Made by a program: the position numbers and the translations under genes
Shown: piece after piece, positions 47,132 to 56,233 of the stretch
Layout: every line of letters begins with the position of its first letter
Position numbering within the stretch: the stretch's first letter is position 1
Source: an uncultured Candidatus Saccharibacteria bacterium
Lineage (GTDB): Bacteria > Patescibacteriota > Minisyncoccia > Minisyncoccales > GWA2-38-27
Length of the DNA: 57,661 bases
Reading direction: 5' to 3'
NCBI GenBank assembly: GCA_964493085.1
Contig: CAZBLV010000006.1
Location: 1 to 57,661, forward strand
Notes under the pieces: generated by a model
Databases searched by the model: none
Seen by the model: the letters and a program-made list of their open reading frames with translations, nothing else
What the model was told of the DNA's origin: nothing

Positions 47132-47449
47132 ATGAAAAAGAATTATTTTCAATCTATGGCTATAAAGGATTTAATGCTTTTTTCTCTATATTTGGCGTTG
47201 GACAAAAACAAGAAATGTACTTTTTCCAGGCTTGTGAAAAAATGCTTTCTATCTTTTCCGGAAATATTTTCTTTTTCTGATATTGCAGAATGGCCGGATT
47301 CCAGGAAACTGGATCGCCCCTTAAGAATCTTAAAAGAAGAAAAGATGATTAAGGGAGAGCTTCAGGGCTCTTTTCAATTAACTAAAAAGGGCGAAAAAAA
47401 GGCCAAGGAAATCTCCGGGCGCTTAGCCCAAATGAGATTAAAAATATGA
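47132..47449 (+). CDS. Hypothetical basic protein, possible winged helix
   Basis: WPDSRKLDRPLRIL...FQLTKKG wing-like C-terminus. Confidence 0.7.
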   Translation: MKKNYFQSMAIKDLMLFSLYLALDKNKKCTFSRLVKKCFLSFPEIFSFSDIAEWPDSRKLDRPLRILKEEKMIKGELQGSFQLTKKGEKKAKEISGRLAQMRLKI

Positions 47450-47543
47450 CATTTTATTTTCTTGCAGGCAGTATCCGGATAATTTATCGCTCTAGCTGCT
47501 GCGCTAAAGGTCTGACAGAAAACTTAAATATTAATTTACTAAA

Positions 47544-47822
47544 ATGAGCAAGACAAGGGCTCATTTTTTTCTTTCCGGAAAAGTCCAGGGCGTTTGCTTT
47601 CGGGCAGCCAGCAGAGAAAAAGCCCGGTCTCTTGGAATCAAGGGCTGGGTTCGAAATCTTGCAGACGGCAGGGTGGAAATAGTGGCCGAGGGAGAGAAAG
47701 GCAAAGTTAAGAAATTTGTTGATTGGGCAGAAGAAGGCCCTGATTTTGCCGGAGTAGAAAACGTAGAGCTTTACAAGGAAAACTATAAAGGGGAATTTGA
47801 TAAATTCGAGATAAAATACTAA
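47544..47822 (+). CDS. acyP: Acylphosphatase
   Basis: GKVQGVCFR, GWVRNLADGRVE. Confidence 0.95.
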   Translation: MSKTRAHFFLSGKVQGVCFRAASREKARSLGIKGWVRNLADGRVEIVAEGEKGKVKKFVDWAEEGPDFAGVENVELYKENYKGEFDKFEIKY

Positions 47823-47833
47823 AATAGTCTTAT

Positions 47834-48148
47834 ATGTCTTACCTTTATGTTTTTATTGCGGGCTTCGGGGGAGGAGCCCTTAGGGGAATAGTCGGGTTTA
47901 TAAAACACCAGTTCTCCTACAAGAAAGTGGGATTTGATCTCCCTTATTTTTTAACAATGACTTTTCTTTCTGGAGTCGTTGGATTGTTGGTAGTCGCAGC
48001 CATTCAAGAAAGCGGTATTAATATTTTAGATTTAAAGGCTCTTACGCCCGCCTTTGCTTTTATTGTCGGGTATGGAGGGGGCGATTTTCTGGAAAATCTT
48101 TATAAAATAATCCTTAAAAAATCCAGCATTTATAATGGCAGGCAATAA
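47834..48148 (+). CDS. Hypothetical membrane protein (3 TM)
   Basis: Gly-rich hydrophobic helices, GYGGGDFLENLYK. Confidence 0.75.
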   Translation: MSYLYVFIAGFGGGALRGIVGFIKHQFSYKKVGFDLPYFLTMTFLSGVVGLLVVAAIQESGINILDLKALTPAFAFIVGYGGGDFLENLYKIILKKSSIYNGRQ

Positions 48149-48800
48149 TAAGAAAATCTGGCTTTCTCATTCTGGCATAGATGTTCTTTACAGGTGTCCC
48201 CGGTGCTTTTGGCTAAGGTATAATAAAAAGATTTATCAGCCCGAAGGCATAAGGTCCCGTTTGCCTGACCGTTTTGATACAATAATCAAAGCTTATTTTG
48301 ATATCTCAAGAGAAAAAGGGGATCTTCCAGAGATAGTGAAGGGAAAAATGAAAGGCTCTTTGGAGAGGCCCTTTCAAGAGAAGTATTTTCGTCCGCTTAA
48401 TGACAGTTTCGGTTTTTGGGGCAAGTTGGACGAATGCCTGATTGACCCTAAGGGGCTTTATATCCCGGTTGATTTTAAAACAGCCAGTTCCGACCCAACA
48501 GAAAGAGATGTTTTTCCTTCCTATCAGAATCAATTGGACGAATATGCTTTCTTGCTGGAATCTGCCGGCAAAAAAACAGCAGGAAAAGGATATTTAATAT
48601 ATTTTTATCCCCGTCAGGACGACGGTCTTCACAACGGATTTCCCATGAAGATCCATGTCCAAGAGCTTAAAACCGATCCTAGGGCAGTGATTCCGAGATT
48701 AGAAAAAGCCATGAGGGTTATCGTAGGAGGCATGCCATCCCCTGCTGCGGACTGCCCTTTTTGCAAATGGTATAGCCAGATAAAAAAAGTTTTGGAATAA
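48135..48800 (+). CDS. PD-(D/E)XK nuclease (RecB/Cas4-like)
   Basis: LSHS, CPRCFW, GKLDE, VDFKT, QLDEY, CPFC. Confidence 0.85.
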   Translation: MAGNNKKIWLSHSGIDVLYRCPRCFWLRYNKKIYQPEGIRSRLPDRFDTIIKAYFDISREKGDLPEIVKGKMKGSLERPFQEKYFRPLNDSFGFWGKLDECLIDPKGLYIPVDFKTASSDPTERDVFPSYQNQLDEYAFLLESAGKKTAGKGYLIYFYPRQDDGLHNGFPMKIHVQELKTDPRAVIPRLEKAMRVIVGGMPSPAADCPFCKWYSQIKKVLE

Positions 48801-48809
48801 TCTTAATAA

Positions 48810-48843
48810 AACAAAAACCCCGACTTATCACGGGGTTTTTGTT
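48810..48843. terminator. Bidirectional intrinsic terminator
   Basis: AACAAAAACCCCG...CGGGGTTTTTGTT. Confidence 0.85.
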
Positions 48844-48857
48844 ATAGTGGCAAACTT

Positions 48858-49013
48858 TTATATTTCAGGAGTTTCTTCTTCTCCTCCTTCTTCAGGAGTT
48901 TCTTCTTCTCCTCCTTCTTCAGAAGTTTCTTCTTCTCCTCCTTCTTCAGAAGTTTCTTCCTCTTCTCCTCCTTCTTCAGGAGCTTCTTGAAGGTTTAATT
49001 TTTCTAAGATCAT
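48858..49013 (-). CDS. 51-aa Glu-rich tandem-repeat peptide
   Basis: MILEKLNLQEAPEEGGEEEETSEEGGEEETSEEGGEEETPEEGGEEETPEI; own promoter and terminator; below the 60-aa track cutoff. Confidence 0.7.
   Translation of the reverse strand: MILEKLNLQEAPEEGGEEEETSEEGGEEETSEEGGEEETPEEGGEEETPEI
48864..48980. repeat. About 4 tandem copies of a 27-bp unit (one of 30 bp)
   Basis: TTCAGGAGTTTCTTCTTCTCCTCCTTC repeats, encoding EEGGEEET[PS] on the minus strand. Confidence 0.9.
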
Positions 49014-49083
49014 AATGCTTAATTTAATGAATTGTCTTTTGAATCGTCTTTATTCCTTCTCGACCTTTTTTGAATCACTTCCT

Positions 49084-49111
49084 ATTATAAGGTTGGACTC
49101 TTTCTTGTCAA
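49084..49111 (-). promoter_or_regulatory. Perfect-consensus sigma70 promoter for the acidic peptide
   Basis: TTGACA-N16-TATAAT on the minus strand. Confidence 0.8.
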
Positions 49112-49187
49112 GTCCTGTTTTCTCGCTTTTTTTGTTTGTGGTATTATACGAAAAAGCCAAAGATATTATTTAAAAAGATATATTGTT

Positions 49188-49556
49188 ATGGCGTTTGAAA
49201 AAGCAAACATTAAAGGGATATTGGGATGGGCGCTATTGGCAATCGGATTGCTAATAGTCTGTTGGCCCCTTTATTGTTCTTATAACATTTTCTCCGGAAA
49301 AACAGAGGCCCCTCAAGTATTTACCGATCAAATCCAAGCCGAAAAAAACACAGGTTCCCAAGCGATAAATCCCCAAGAACAGGCAAAAGAAGAAACAGAG
49401 CAGATTATTGCAGACCAGATTGAAAAGATAGTGCCCTCTTCTTTTATCCCTCGGATATTTAATCTAATAAGCTGGTCTATATTTGTTGTTATCTTAATTT
49501 TCGGAGGCAGCAAGATTTCTTTGCTGGGGATTCGTTTGATGAAAAATAGCTGTTAA
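49188..49556 (+). CDS. Hypothetical two-TM membrane protein
   Basis: N- and C-terminal hydrophobic helices; overlaps the next start. Confidence 0.75.
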   Translation: MAFEKANIKGILGWALLAIGLLIVCWPLYCSYNIFSGKTEAPQVFTDQIQAEKNTGSQAINPQEQAKEETEQIIADQIEKIVPSSFIPRIFNLISWSIFVVILIFGGSKISLLGIRLMKNSC

Positions 49557-50785
49557 TGGAATTTGCTGCTGATTTTCATATCCACTCTAAATATTCGCGG
49601 GCTACCAGCAAAAGCATAAGCCCCGAAATTTTGGATTACTGGGCCGAGATCAAAGGGATAAAGGTTTTGGGAACGGGCGACTTTACTCATCCCGTCTGGC
49701 TTCAAGAATTAAGAAGATCATTAAAAGAAGCAGAGCCCGGCCTTTATAAAATTAAAGAGACCCGGTTTATTTTAAGCTCTGAAATAAGCTGTATTTATTC
49801 TAAAAAAGGAAGAGTCAGAAAAATACATATTGTTGTTCTTTCTCCTTCTTTTGAGGATGTGGAAAGAATAAACTCCAAGCTGGAAAAAATAGGAAACCTT
49901 AAATCAGACGGCAGGCCTATTTTAGGACTGGACGCCGAAGAGCTGGTTAAGATTGTTCTGGAAACTTCTCCTGAAAGTTTTATTATTCCAGTTCATATTT
50001 GGACCCCTTGGTTCTCTTTGTTCGGCTCTAAATCCGGTTTTGACTCGATAGAAGAATGCTTTGGGGAATACTCCAAAGCTATTTATGCCGTAGAGACCGG
50101 CTTAAGCTCAGACCCTCCGATGAATTGGAGACTTTCTGCCTTAGACAACATTGCTTTGGTAAGCAACTCTGACGCCCATAGCCCCCGCAAGATCGGGAGA
50201 GAAGCCAATGTTTTTGACACGGATCTTTCTTATTCCGGTATTATAGAGGCCATTAAATCAAAGGATCCTAAAAAGTTTCTCTATACCGTAGAGTTTTTCC
50301 CTCAAGAAGGGAAGTACCACTATGACGGCCATAGGGCTTGCGGCCTAAGGGTTTCCCCGGAAGAAGCAAAAAAGTATAATAATATTTGCCCAAGGTGCGG
50401 CAAACCCTTGACTCTTGGGGTCTGCCACAGGGTTGAAGAACTGGCAGATAGAAAAAAGGGCAAAGGCATCATTCCTTTCAAAAGCTTAATTCCTTTAGAA
50501 GAGATAATAGCAGAATCTTTGGGATATTCTTCTTTTGGCAAAAAGGTGGAGAGAGAATACCAGAACCTTATTGACAAAGCAGGAAATGAGCTTGAAATTC
50601 TTTTGAAAGTCAGTTTCGAGGATTTAAAAAGGATCACTTTGCCCGAAATAGCAGAAGGAATTTTAGAAGCAAGAAAGGGCAGAGTCCAAATAGAGCCGGG
50701 ATATGACGGGGTTTTTGGAAAGGTGAGCATATTTTTTAAAAAAGAAAAAGAAAAGCAGAAGAAACAAGCCACTATTTTTAAATGA
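49556..50785 (+). CDS. Endonuclease Q family protein (PHP domain plus Zn ribbon)
   Basis: ADFHIHSKYSRATS, GTGDFTHP, ETGLSSD, NSDAHS, GREAN, GKYHYDGH, CPRCGK, PGYDGVFG. Confidence 0.9.
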   Translation: MEFAADFHIHSKYSRATSKSISPEILDYWAEIKGIKVLGTGDFTHPVWLQELRRSLKEAEPGLYKIKETRFILSSEISCIYSKKGRVRKIHIVVLSPSFEDVERINSKLEKIGNLKSDGRPILGLDAEELVKIVLETSPESFIIPVHIWTPWFSLFGSKSGFDSIEECFGEYSKAIYAVETGLSSDPPMNWRLSALDNIALVSNSDAHSPRKIGREANVFDTDLSYSGIIEAIKSKDPKKFLYTVEFFPQEGKYHYDGHRACGLRVSPEEAKKYNNICPRCGKPLTLGVCHRVEELADRKKGKGIIPFKSLIPLEEIIAESLGYSSFGKKVEREYQNLIDKAGNELEILLKVSFEDLKRITLPEIAEGILEARKGRVQIEPGYDGVFGKVSIFFKKEKEKQKKQATIFK

Positions 50786-51432
50786 AAGCCGATCTTCACG
50801 TTCACACCAATTTTTCTTATGATGGAATTTCCAGTCCCGAGGAGGTAGTTCAGGCAGCTTTGGACAAAGGCATAGGCTGTATTTGTATTACAGATCACGA
50901 GGAGCTCGGAGGAATTAAAAGAGCTCTTAGATTTGCTTTCGGCAAGGACATCTTAATAATACCTGGCATAGAAGTCAGTTCCCGATCAGGGCACATTCTG
51001 GGCATAAATATAAAAAGAAAAATACCTGCCGGCCTTTCTGCTTCAGAAACAGTAAAAGAAATAAAAAAACAGGGAGGGATTGCAATAGCGGCCCATCCCT
51101 TTGACATCTATCCTTTCGGGTTTAGGGGAGGAGAGGAAGCTATAAGAAAAATCGACTTTGATGCCATAGAAGTTTTTAACGCAGGCCGTATTTTAAGAAA
51201 CTGCCATGATAAAGCTTTAAAACTTGCTTCTCAGCAGAGTTTTCCCATTACCGCGGGATCTGACGCCCACAGATCCTCCTATGTGGGCAGAGGATATTTA
51301 GAATTCGATCAAGAGATTGGTTCTTCCAGAGATTTGGTAAAGCTAATAGAAGAAAAAGGAGGAATGCCCGGTGGCAAAGCCCTTAATCTGGCAGAGGTAT
51401 TATGGAACAGCGCCAGAGCCAGAATATTTTAA
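50782..51432 (+). CDS. PHP-domain phosphoesterase
   Basis: DLHVHT, ITDHE, GIEVS, AAHPF, EVFN, GSDAH. Confidence 0.9.
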   Translation: MKADLHVHTNFSYDGISSPEEVVQAALDKGIGCICITDHEELGGIKRALRFAFGKDILIIPGIEVSSRSGHILGINIKRKIPAGLSASETVKEIKKQGGIAIAAHPFDIYPFGFRGGEEAIRKIDFDAIEVFNAGRILRNCHDKALKLASQQSFPITAGSDAHRSSYVGRGYLEFDQEIGSSRDLVKLIEEKGGMPGGKALNLAEVLWNSARARIF

Positions 51433-51485
51433 CAACAAAGACAGAGCCAGTTTAGTTTTGTTATCAGATGGGGTATAATAAAAAC

Positions 51486-51944
51486 ATGAGGAAAAAATTT
51501 CAAAAAGGCATAGCCCTTTATTTATCAATAGTTATTCTAGCTATTGTTTTGGCCATGGTTTTGGGGCTGGAAGCCATTTTATACGGTCAAATAAAAACCA
51601 TAGAAGGCATGGGAAGCTCTGTTATCGCTCTTTATACGGCAGATGCCGGAATAGAAAGAGTTTTACGGGATTATTATTCTAATAACGGAACTCTTACGCA
51701 ATCGAAATATCCCAGCAGTGATTTTGAAAACAACGGGTCTTCTTATGAGGTTACAGTCTATTGCTGTGATTATCAAAAACTCAGTTGTGATTTGGACCCA
51801 CCAGGAGAGGATAATGCCTGCCCCTTTTCTTCAGAATATATAGACGAAAACTGTGAGGCCACCAAATACTGCGTTCGTTCTGTCGGCAAAGCCGCTCCCA
51901 ACATCCAAAAAGCCATTGAAGCAAGATTGTTTTCTGTGGATTAA
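51486..51944 (+). CDS. Orphan PilX-like prepilin with Cys-rich C-terminus
   Basis: QKG|IALYLSIV without Glu5, ALYTADAGIERVL; start placed at ATG 51486, 6 nt after TATAAT. Confidence 0.75.
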   Translation: MRKKFQKGIALYLSIVILAIVLAMVLGLEAILYGQIKTIEGMGSSVIALYTADAGIERVLRDYYSNNGTLTQSKYPSSDFENNGSSYEVTVYCCDYQKLSCDLDPPGEDNACPFSSEYIDENCEATKYCVRSVGKAAPNIQKAIEARLFSVD

Positions 51945-51946
51945 TT

Positions 51947-54013
51947 ATGGAAAGGGAAAAGGCGAAACAGAGAATCGAGAAATTAAAGAAAACAATTAAA
52001 CGCCACAGATATCTCTATCATGTTCTAGACAGGCAGGAGATTTCAGAAGAAGCGCTCGATTCTCTCAAAAAAGAGCTCTTTAGCTTGGAGCAGAAGTTTC
52101 CAGGCCTTGTAACTCCCGACTCTCCTACTCAAAGGATCGGAGGAGAGCCCTTGGATAAGTTCAAAAAAGTAAAGCATCCCAAGCCGATGCTCTCTTTTAA
52201 TGACGCTTTTTCTAAAGAAGACATGGAAGACTGGAAGGGAAGAACATCCCGCATTATTTCAAAAAAAGAGGCTGATCGGCTGGATTATTACTGTGAATTA
52301 AAAATAGACGGCCTAGCCGTTGAGCTTATCTACGAAAAAGGTGTTTTGAAAATAGGATCCACCAGAGGAAACGGCAAAATAGGAGAAGATATTACCCAAA
52401 ACCTTAAGACAATAGAGGCCATTCCTCTTAGGTTGAGGAGCAAGGAGAAAGTTTTAAGCGACCTCAAAAGACAAGGTGTTTCTTCTTCTATTCTTAGAAA
52501 AGTTGGTAGCTTTAATTTTAAAAGCCGGTTAGTGGCAAGAGGAGAGGTCTTTATCTCCAAGAGAGATTTTCAGAAAGTTAACGAGTATAGAAAGAAACAC
52601 AATCAAAGCCCTTATGCTAATCCTCGCAATTTGGCTGCAGGATCTGTAAGGCAGTTAGACCCAAAAGTTGCTGCCCGCAGGTCTTTGGACTTTTTCGCCT
52701 ACGATCTGGTCAACAAATTTGGAACTGAAACCCACGAAGAAAAACACAGAATTCTAAAAGCCCTCGGGTTTAAGATTAACCCTCATAATAGGCATTGCTC
52801 TGGCTTAAAAGAGGTTTATGAATTTCACAGGAAAGCCAAGGAATTAAGAGATAAGCTTAATTATGAGATAGACGGAGTCGTTGTGATAGTAAACAGCAAC
52901 AGAATTTTTGAAAAATTAGGGACAGTGGGCAAGGCTCCTAGGGGGGCTATTGCTTTTAAGTTTCCGGGCAAGGACGTCACTACTGTAGTAAAAGACATTA
53001 AAGTCCAAATTGGCAGAACGGGAGCTTTAACCCCGGTGGCAGTATTAAAACCTGTTAGCTTGGGAGGAGTTACTGTTTCTCGCGCTACCCTTCACAATGA
53101 AGACGAAATAAAAAAGTTGGGAGTCAAGATAGGAGACACTGTTGTTGTGGGGCGGGCAGGGGACGTTATTCCAGACATTATCAAAGTTCTTCCTGAAATG
53201 AGGACGGGCAAAGAAAAAGATTTTAAAATGCCCCAAACTTGTCCTCTCTGCGGAAGCAAGGTCAAAAAAGACGGCGCTATTTATTATTGCACTAACCCTA
53301 ATTGTTTTGCCAAAGAAAGAAAGCAGTTTCACCATTTTGTCTCCAAAAGCGCTTTTGATATTGAGGGGCTCGGTCCTCAAATAGTGGATCAGCTCATAGA
53401 AGAAGGCTTGGTTTCGGATCCGGCTGACTTGTTTAAGCTGAAAGAGGGAGACCTTATCCTCTTAGAAAGATTTGCCGAGAAAGCGGCGGGCAATCTGGTA
53501 GAATCTATCCAAAAAAGCAAAGAAATACCGTTGGACCGCTTTATTTACGCCTTGGGAATCAGAAATATAGGGGAAGTCACTGCCCAGGATATGGCAGAGC
53601 ACTTCGGCAACATAGAAAAGCTGAAGAAAGCGAACAAAAGACAGCTGCAAGAAATAGAAGATATCGGACCTGTGGCGGCAGAATCAATTTATAACTGGTT
53701 TTCTAAAAAGAAAAATTTTAATTTGATAGAAAAACTTATAGCTAACGGAGTGAATATCAAGAATCCCTCCGAAAGAAAAAGCCAGTTGCTGAAAGGCAAG
53801 AAGTTTGTTTTAACGGGCTCTTTGGATTCGATGCCCAGAGACGAGGCGAAAAAAAGAATAAAAAAATTAGGAGGAAGCGTGTCCGGATCAGTATCTGGCA
53901 ATACTGACTTGTTGGTAGCGGGGGAAGATCCCGGCTCAAAACTCGAAGACGCCAAAAAAAAGAAGGTAAAGATTATCGGAGAAAAAGAGTTCTTGAAAAT
54001 GATTAAGAAATAA
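51947..54013 (+). CDS. ligA: NAD-dependent DNA ligase
   Basis: ELKIDG, ANPRNLAAGS, VGRAGDVIP, Zn finger, HhH repeats, BRCT (FVLTGSL...PGSKL). Confidence 0.97.
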   Translation: MEREKAKQRIEKLKKTIKRHRYLYHVLDRQEISEEALDSLKKELFSLEQKFPGLVTPDSPTQRIGGEPLDKFKKVKHPKPMLSFNDAFSKEDMEDWKGRTSRIISKKEADRLDYYCELKIDGLAVELIYEKGVLKIGSTRGNGKIGEDITQNLKTIEAIPLRLRSKEKVLSDLKRQGVSSSILRKVGSFNFKSRLVARGEVFISKRDFQKVNEYRKKHNQSPYANPRNLAAGSVRQLDPKVAARRSLDFFAYDLVNKFGTETHEEKHRILKALGFKINPHNRHCSGLKEVYEFHRKAKELRDKLNYEIDGVVVIVNSNRIFEKLGTVGKAPRGAIAFKFPGKDVTTVVKDIKVQIGRTGALTPVAVLKPVSLGGVTVSRATLHNEDEIKKLGVKIGDTVVVGRAGDVIPDIIKVLPEMRTGKEKDFKMPQTCPLCGSKVKKDGAIYYCTNPNCFAKERKQFHHFVSKSAFDIEGLGPQIVDQLIEEGLVSDPADLFKLKEGDLILLERFAEKAAGNLVESIQKSKEIPLDRFIYALGIRNIGEVTAQDMAEHFGNIEKLKKANKRQLQEIEDIGPVAAESIYNWFSKKKNFNLIEKLIANGVNIKNPSERKSQLLKGKKFVLTGSLDSMPRDEAKKRIKKLGGSVSGSVSGNTDLLVAGEDPGSKLEDAKKKKVKIIGEKEFLKMIKK

Positions 54014-54017
54014 AGTC

Positions 54018-56225
54018 ATGGGAAAAAGATTAAAATATGAAAACCTTTTTCTTGGTGCTGTAAGAATAGGTATTTTTTTAGCGCTCTTAACTCCCTTGGT
54101 CATGGGCCGGTGGGGACTTACTTTGTCTGCTTTTCCCAAATCAGTTTTTTTCCGGTCTTTAATAGAGATTATTTTTATTTTTTATCTGTTGCTGGTTTTC
54201 TTAAACTCTAAATACCTTCCCAAAATCTCTTCTTTATTTTTGGCAGTTTCCCTGTTTGTTGGAATTTTGCTTTTTACTGGGATTGTCGGGGTAAACTTTC
54301 ACAGAAGTTTTTGGGGAGACCCCGAAAGGGCAGAAGGCATAATAACTCATCTTCATTTATTTGCTTTCTTTTTCATATTGACCTCGGTATTCTTTAAAAA
54401 AAAGGAATGGCTTTATTTGCTAAAGATTTCTGTAGGGGTTAGCGCCTTATCCAGTTTGGCCGGGCTTTTGCAAAAAACGGGCGCTTTTTCTTTTTATGGA
54501 GTGAGTCTGCCCGGCAGAATATCGGGGACGCTCTCCAATCCCGATTTTTTCGGGCCTTATGTTGTCTTAACTATTTTTTTGACCCTCCTTCTTTTACTGA
54601 TAGAAAAGAAGAAAGACATGAAGATAATATGGGGAAGCGTTTTGGGAGTCCATGTCTTGGCCTTAGCGTGGTCTGGCACCAGGGGGGCTTGGATAGGCAT
54701 GATATCCGCCTCGGTTTTAGTTCTCTTTTTGTGGGTTTTTCGATGTCCCCGGTTTTATCCTCGGGCAAGAAAAGCTTTTCTTTTCGGGTTTTTAGGTTTT
54801 GTTGTTATTTTGCTTTTTTTCTCCTTATTCTCCGCTTCTCTTTCCAAGAGCGAAAACCCTTTTGTGGCGAGACTGGCCAGTATTTTTAGCGTTCCCTTGG
54901 GAAGCAGGGCCGCAGTCTGGAATGTAGCTCTGGAGGCGTGGCAGGAAAAACCGCTATTAGGATGGGGGATTGAGTCTTTCAGCTTTGTTTACGGGAAATA
55001 CGCAGGAAAAGGAGAATTCCAGGTTATCCCTCAAAGCATTTATTTTGACTATCCCCACAACAAGGTGCTGGAAACAATGGTAAGCGCAGGGCTGTTGGGC
55101 CTGTCAGCCTACCTTTTTGTTTTTGTAGCTGCTTTTTACTTAATTTTTTCTTCTTTCCGATTTGACTTTGAGAAGCCGGAAGCTTTTTTGCTTTTTCTGC
55201 CGGGATTTTTCACAGCCTATTTTGTCCAAAACCTTCTTGTTTTCGATACGATTTCTTCTTATATCCTTTTCTTTTTAGTTTTAGCGCTGATAAATAATTT
55301 TTCCGGAGAAACAGTTAAGAATAATCTTAAAAAGCCCGAAAAGAAAACCGGCATTTTTCTAAAGTCTTTTTTTGCGATTATTCTTGTTTTTTGTTCTTTA
55401 GCTCTTTTTTACTGCCATAACTGCAAGTCTGTTTTGGCGGCAAGACTGTTTCCCGCCTCTTTTGAATACGAAAAAAAAGAGCCCCTAAAAGCAGTTTTGG
55501 GCTACAAAAAAGCAGTTGATATAGCTACTGTTTACAAAGAAGATTTTAGGCTGATTCTGGTTGAAAGAGCGCTTTTGGTCCTGGATGAAAGTCGAGTTAA
55601 GGACGACGAAGAAAAAGGAAAAATAATAGAAATTATTAGAAACCAAAAGTCGTTCTTAGAAAAGTCCCTGGACGCTCCGAACCGCCGCCCTTTGTCTGTT
55701 TATAAATATCTGGCAAAGATAAACGAGGAAATATACCTTTTTTCAAAAAAAGAGCAGTCTTTAGAAGAAATGGAAGACATTCTTAACAGAGCTTTATCCT
55801 TTAACAGCCAAAGCCCGTCTTTTTATTATTTAATGGGAGAACTGGAAATTTTGAAAGGAAATTACAAAAAAGGAGAAGAGCTTTTTGAAAAAGGATTTTC
55901 TTTTGATGTCAAGAATTCAAAAAACAGGATTAATCTCTGCAGGCAGACGGGGGCTGCCTATCTAAGGGCGGAAAATCTAAAAAAAGCAGGCGAGTATTTT
56001 AAAAAAATGGCAGATATAATGTATTGCTGCCAAAAAGATAAGCCCCTCCCTCCGGAATCTGAAAAATATAAGCAGGAAGCAGCCCTTATGGACAAGGCAG
56101 CCAATCTTTATTGCCGAGAGTTAAGGGATTTGGACACCTGCCGGGAAATATATGATAAAGCAATAGAGGCTTATCCGCGCTATAAAAAACTTTTTCAGGA
56201 GAGTTTAGAGAAGGCGGAAAAATAA
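54018..56225 (+). CDS. O-antigen-ligase-like (Wzy_C) membrane protein with TPR-like tail
   Basis: GTLSNP, SGTRGAW, GWGIESF, PHNKVLE; multiple TMs; helical C-terminus. Confidence 0.85.
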   Translation: MGKRLKYENLFLGAVRIGIFLALLTPLVMGRWGLTLSAFPKSVFFRSLIEIIFIFYLLLVFLNSKYLPKISSLFLAVSLFVGILLFTGIVGVNFHRSFWGDPERAEGIITHLHLFAFFFILTSVFFKKKEWLYLLKISVGVSALSSLAGLLQKTGAFSFYGVSLPGRISGTLSNPDFFGPYVVLTIFLTLLLLLIEKKKDMKIIWGSVLGVHVLALAWSGTRGAWIGMISASVLVLFLWVFRCPRFYPRARKAFLFGFLGFVVILLFFSLFSASLSKSENPFVARLASIFSVPLGSRAAVWNVALEAWQEKPLLGWGIESFSFVYGKYAGKGEFQVIPQSIYFDYPHNKVLETMVSAGLLGLSAYLFVFVAAFYLIFSSFRFDFEKPEAFLLFLPGFFTAYFVQNLLVFDTISSYILFFLVLALINNFSGETVKNNLKKPEKKTGIFLKSFFAIILVFCSLALFYCHNCKSVLAARLFPASFEYEKKEPLKAVLGYKKAVDIATVYKEDFRLILVERALLVLDESRVKDDEEKGKIIEIIRNQKSFLEKSLDAPNRRPLSVYKYLAKINEEIYLFSKKEQSLEEMEDILNRALSFNSQSPSFYYLMGELEILKGNYKKGEELFEKGFSFDVKNSKNRINLCRQTGAAYLRAENLKKAGEYFKKMADIMYCCQKDKPLPPESEKYKQEAALMDKAANLYCRELRDLDTCREIYDKAIEAYPRYKKLFQESLEKAEK

Positions 56226-56233
56226 AATAATAT

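Noticed and set aside
48864..48980. 27-bp repeats beside a Cas4-like nuclease as a CRISPR array
   Set aside because: The repeats are head-to-tail with no spacers and encode a peptide in frame; no cas1/cas2 or effector genes are present.
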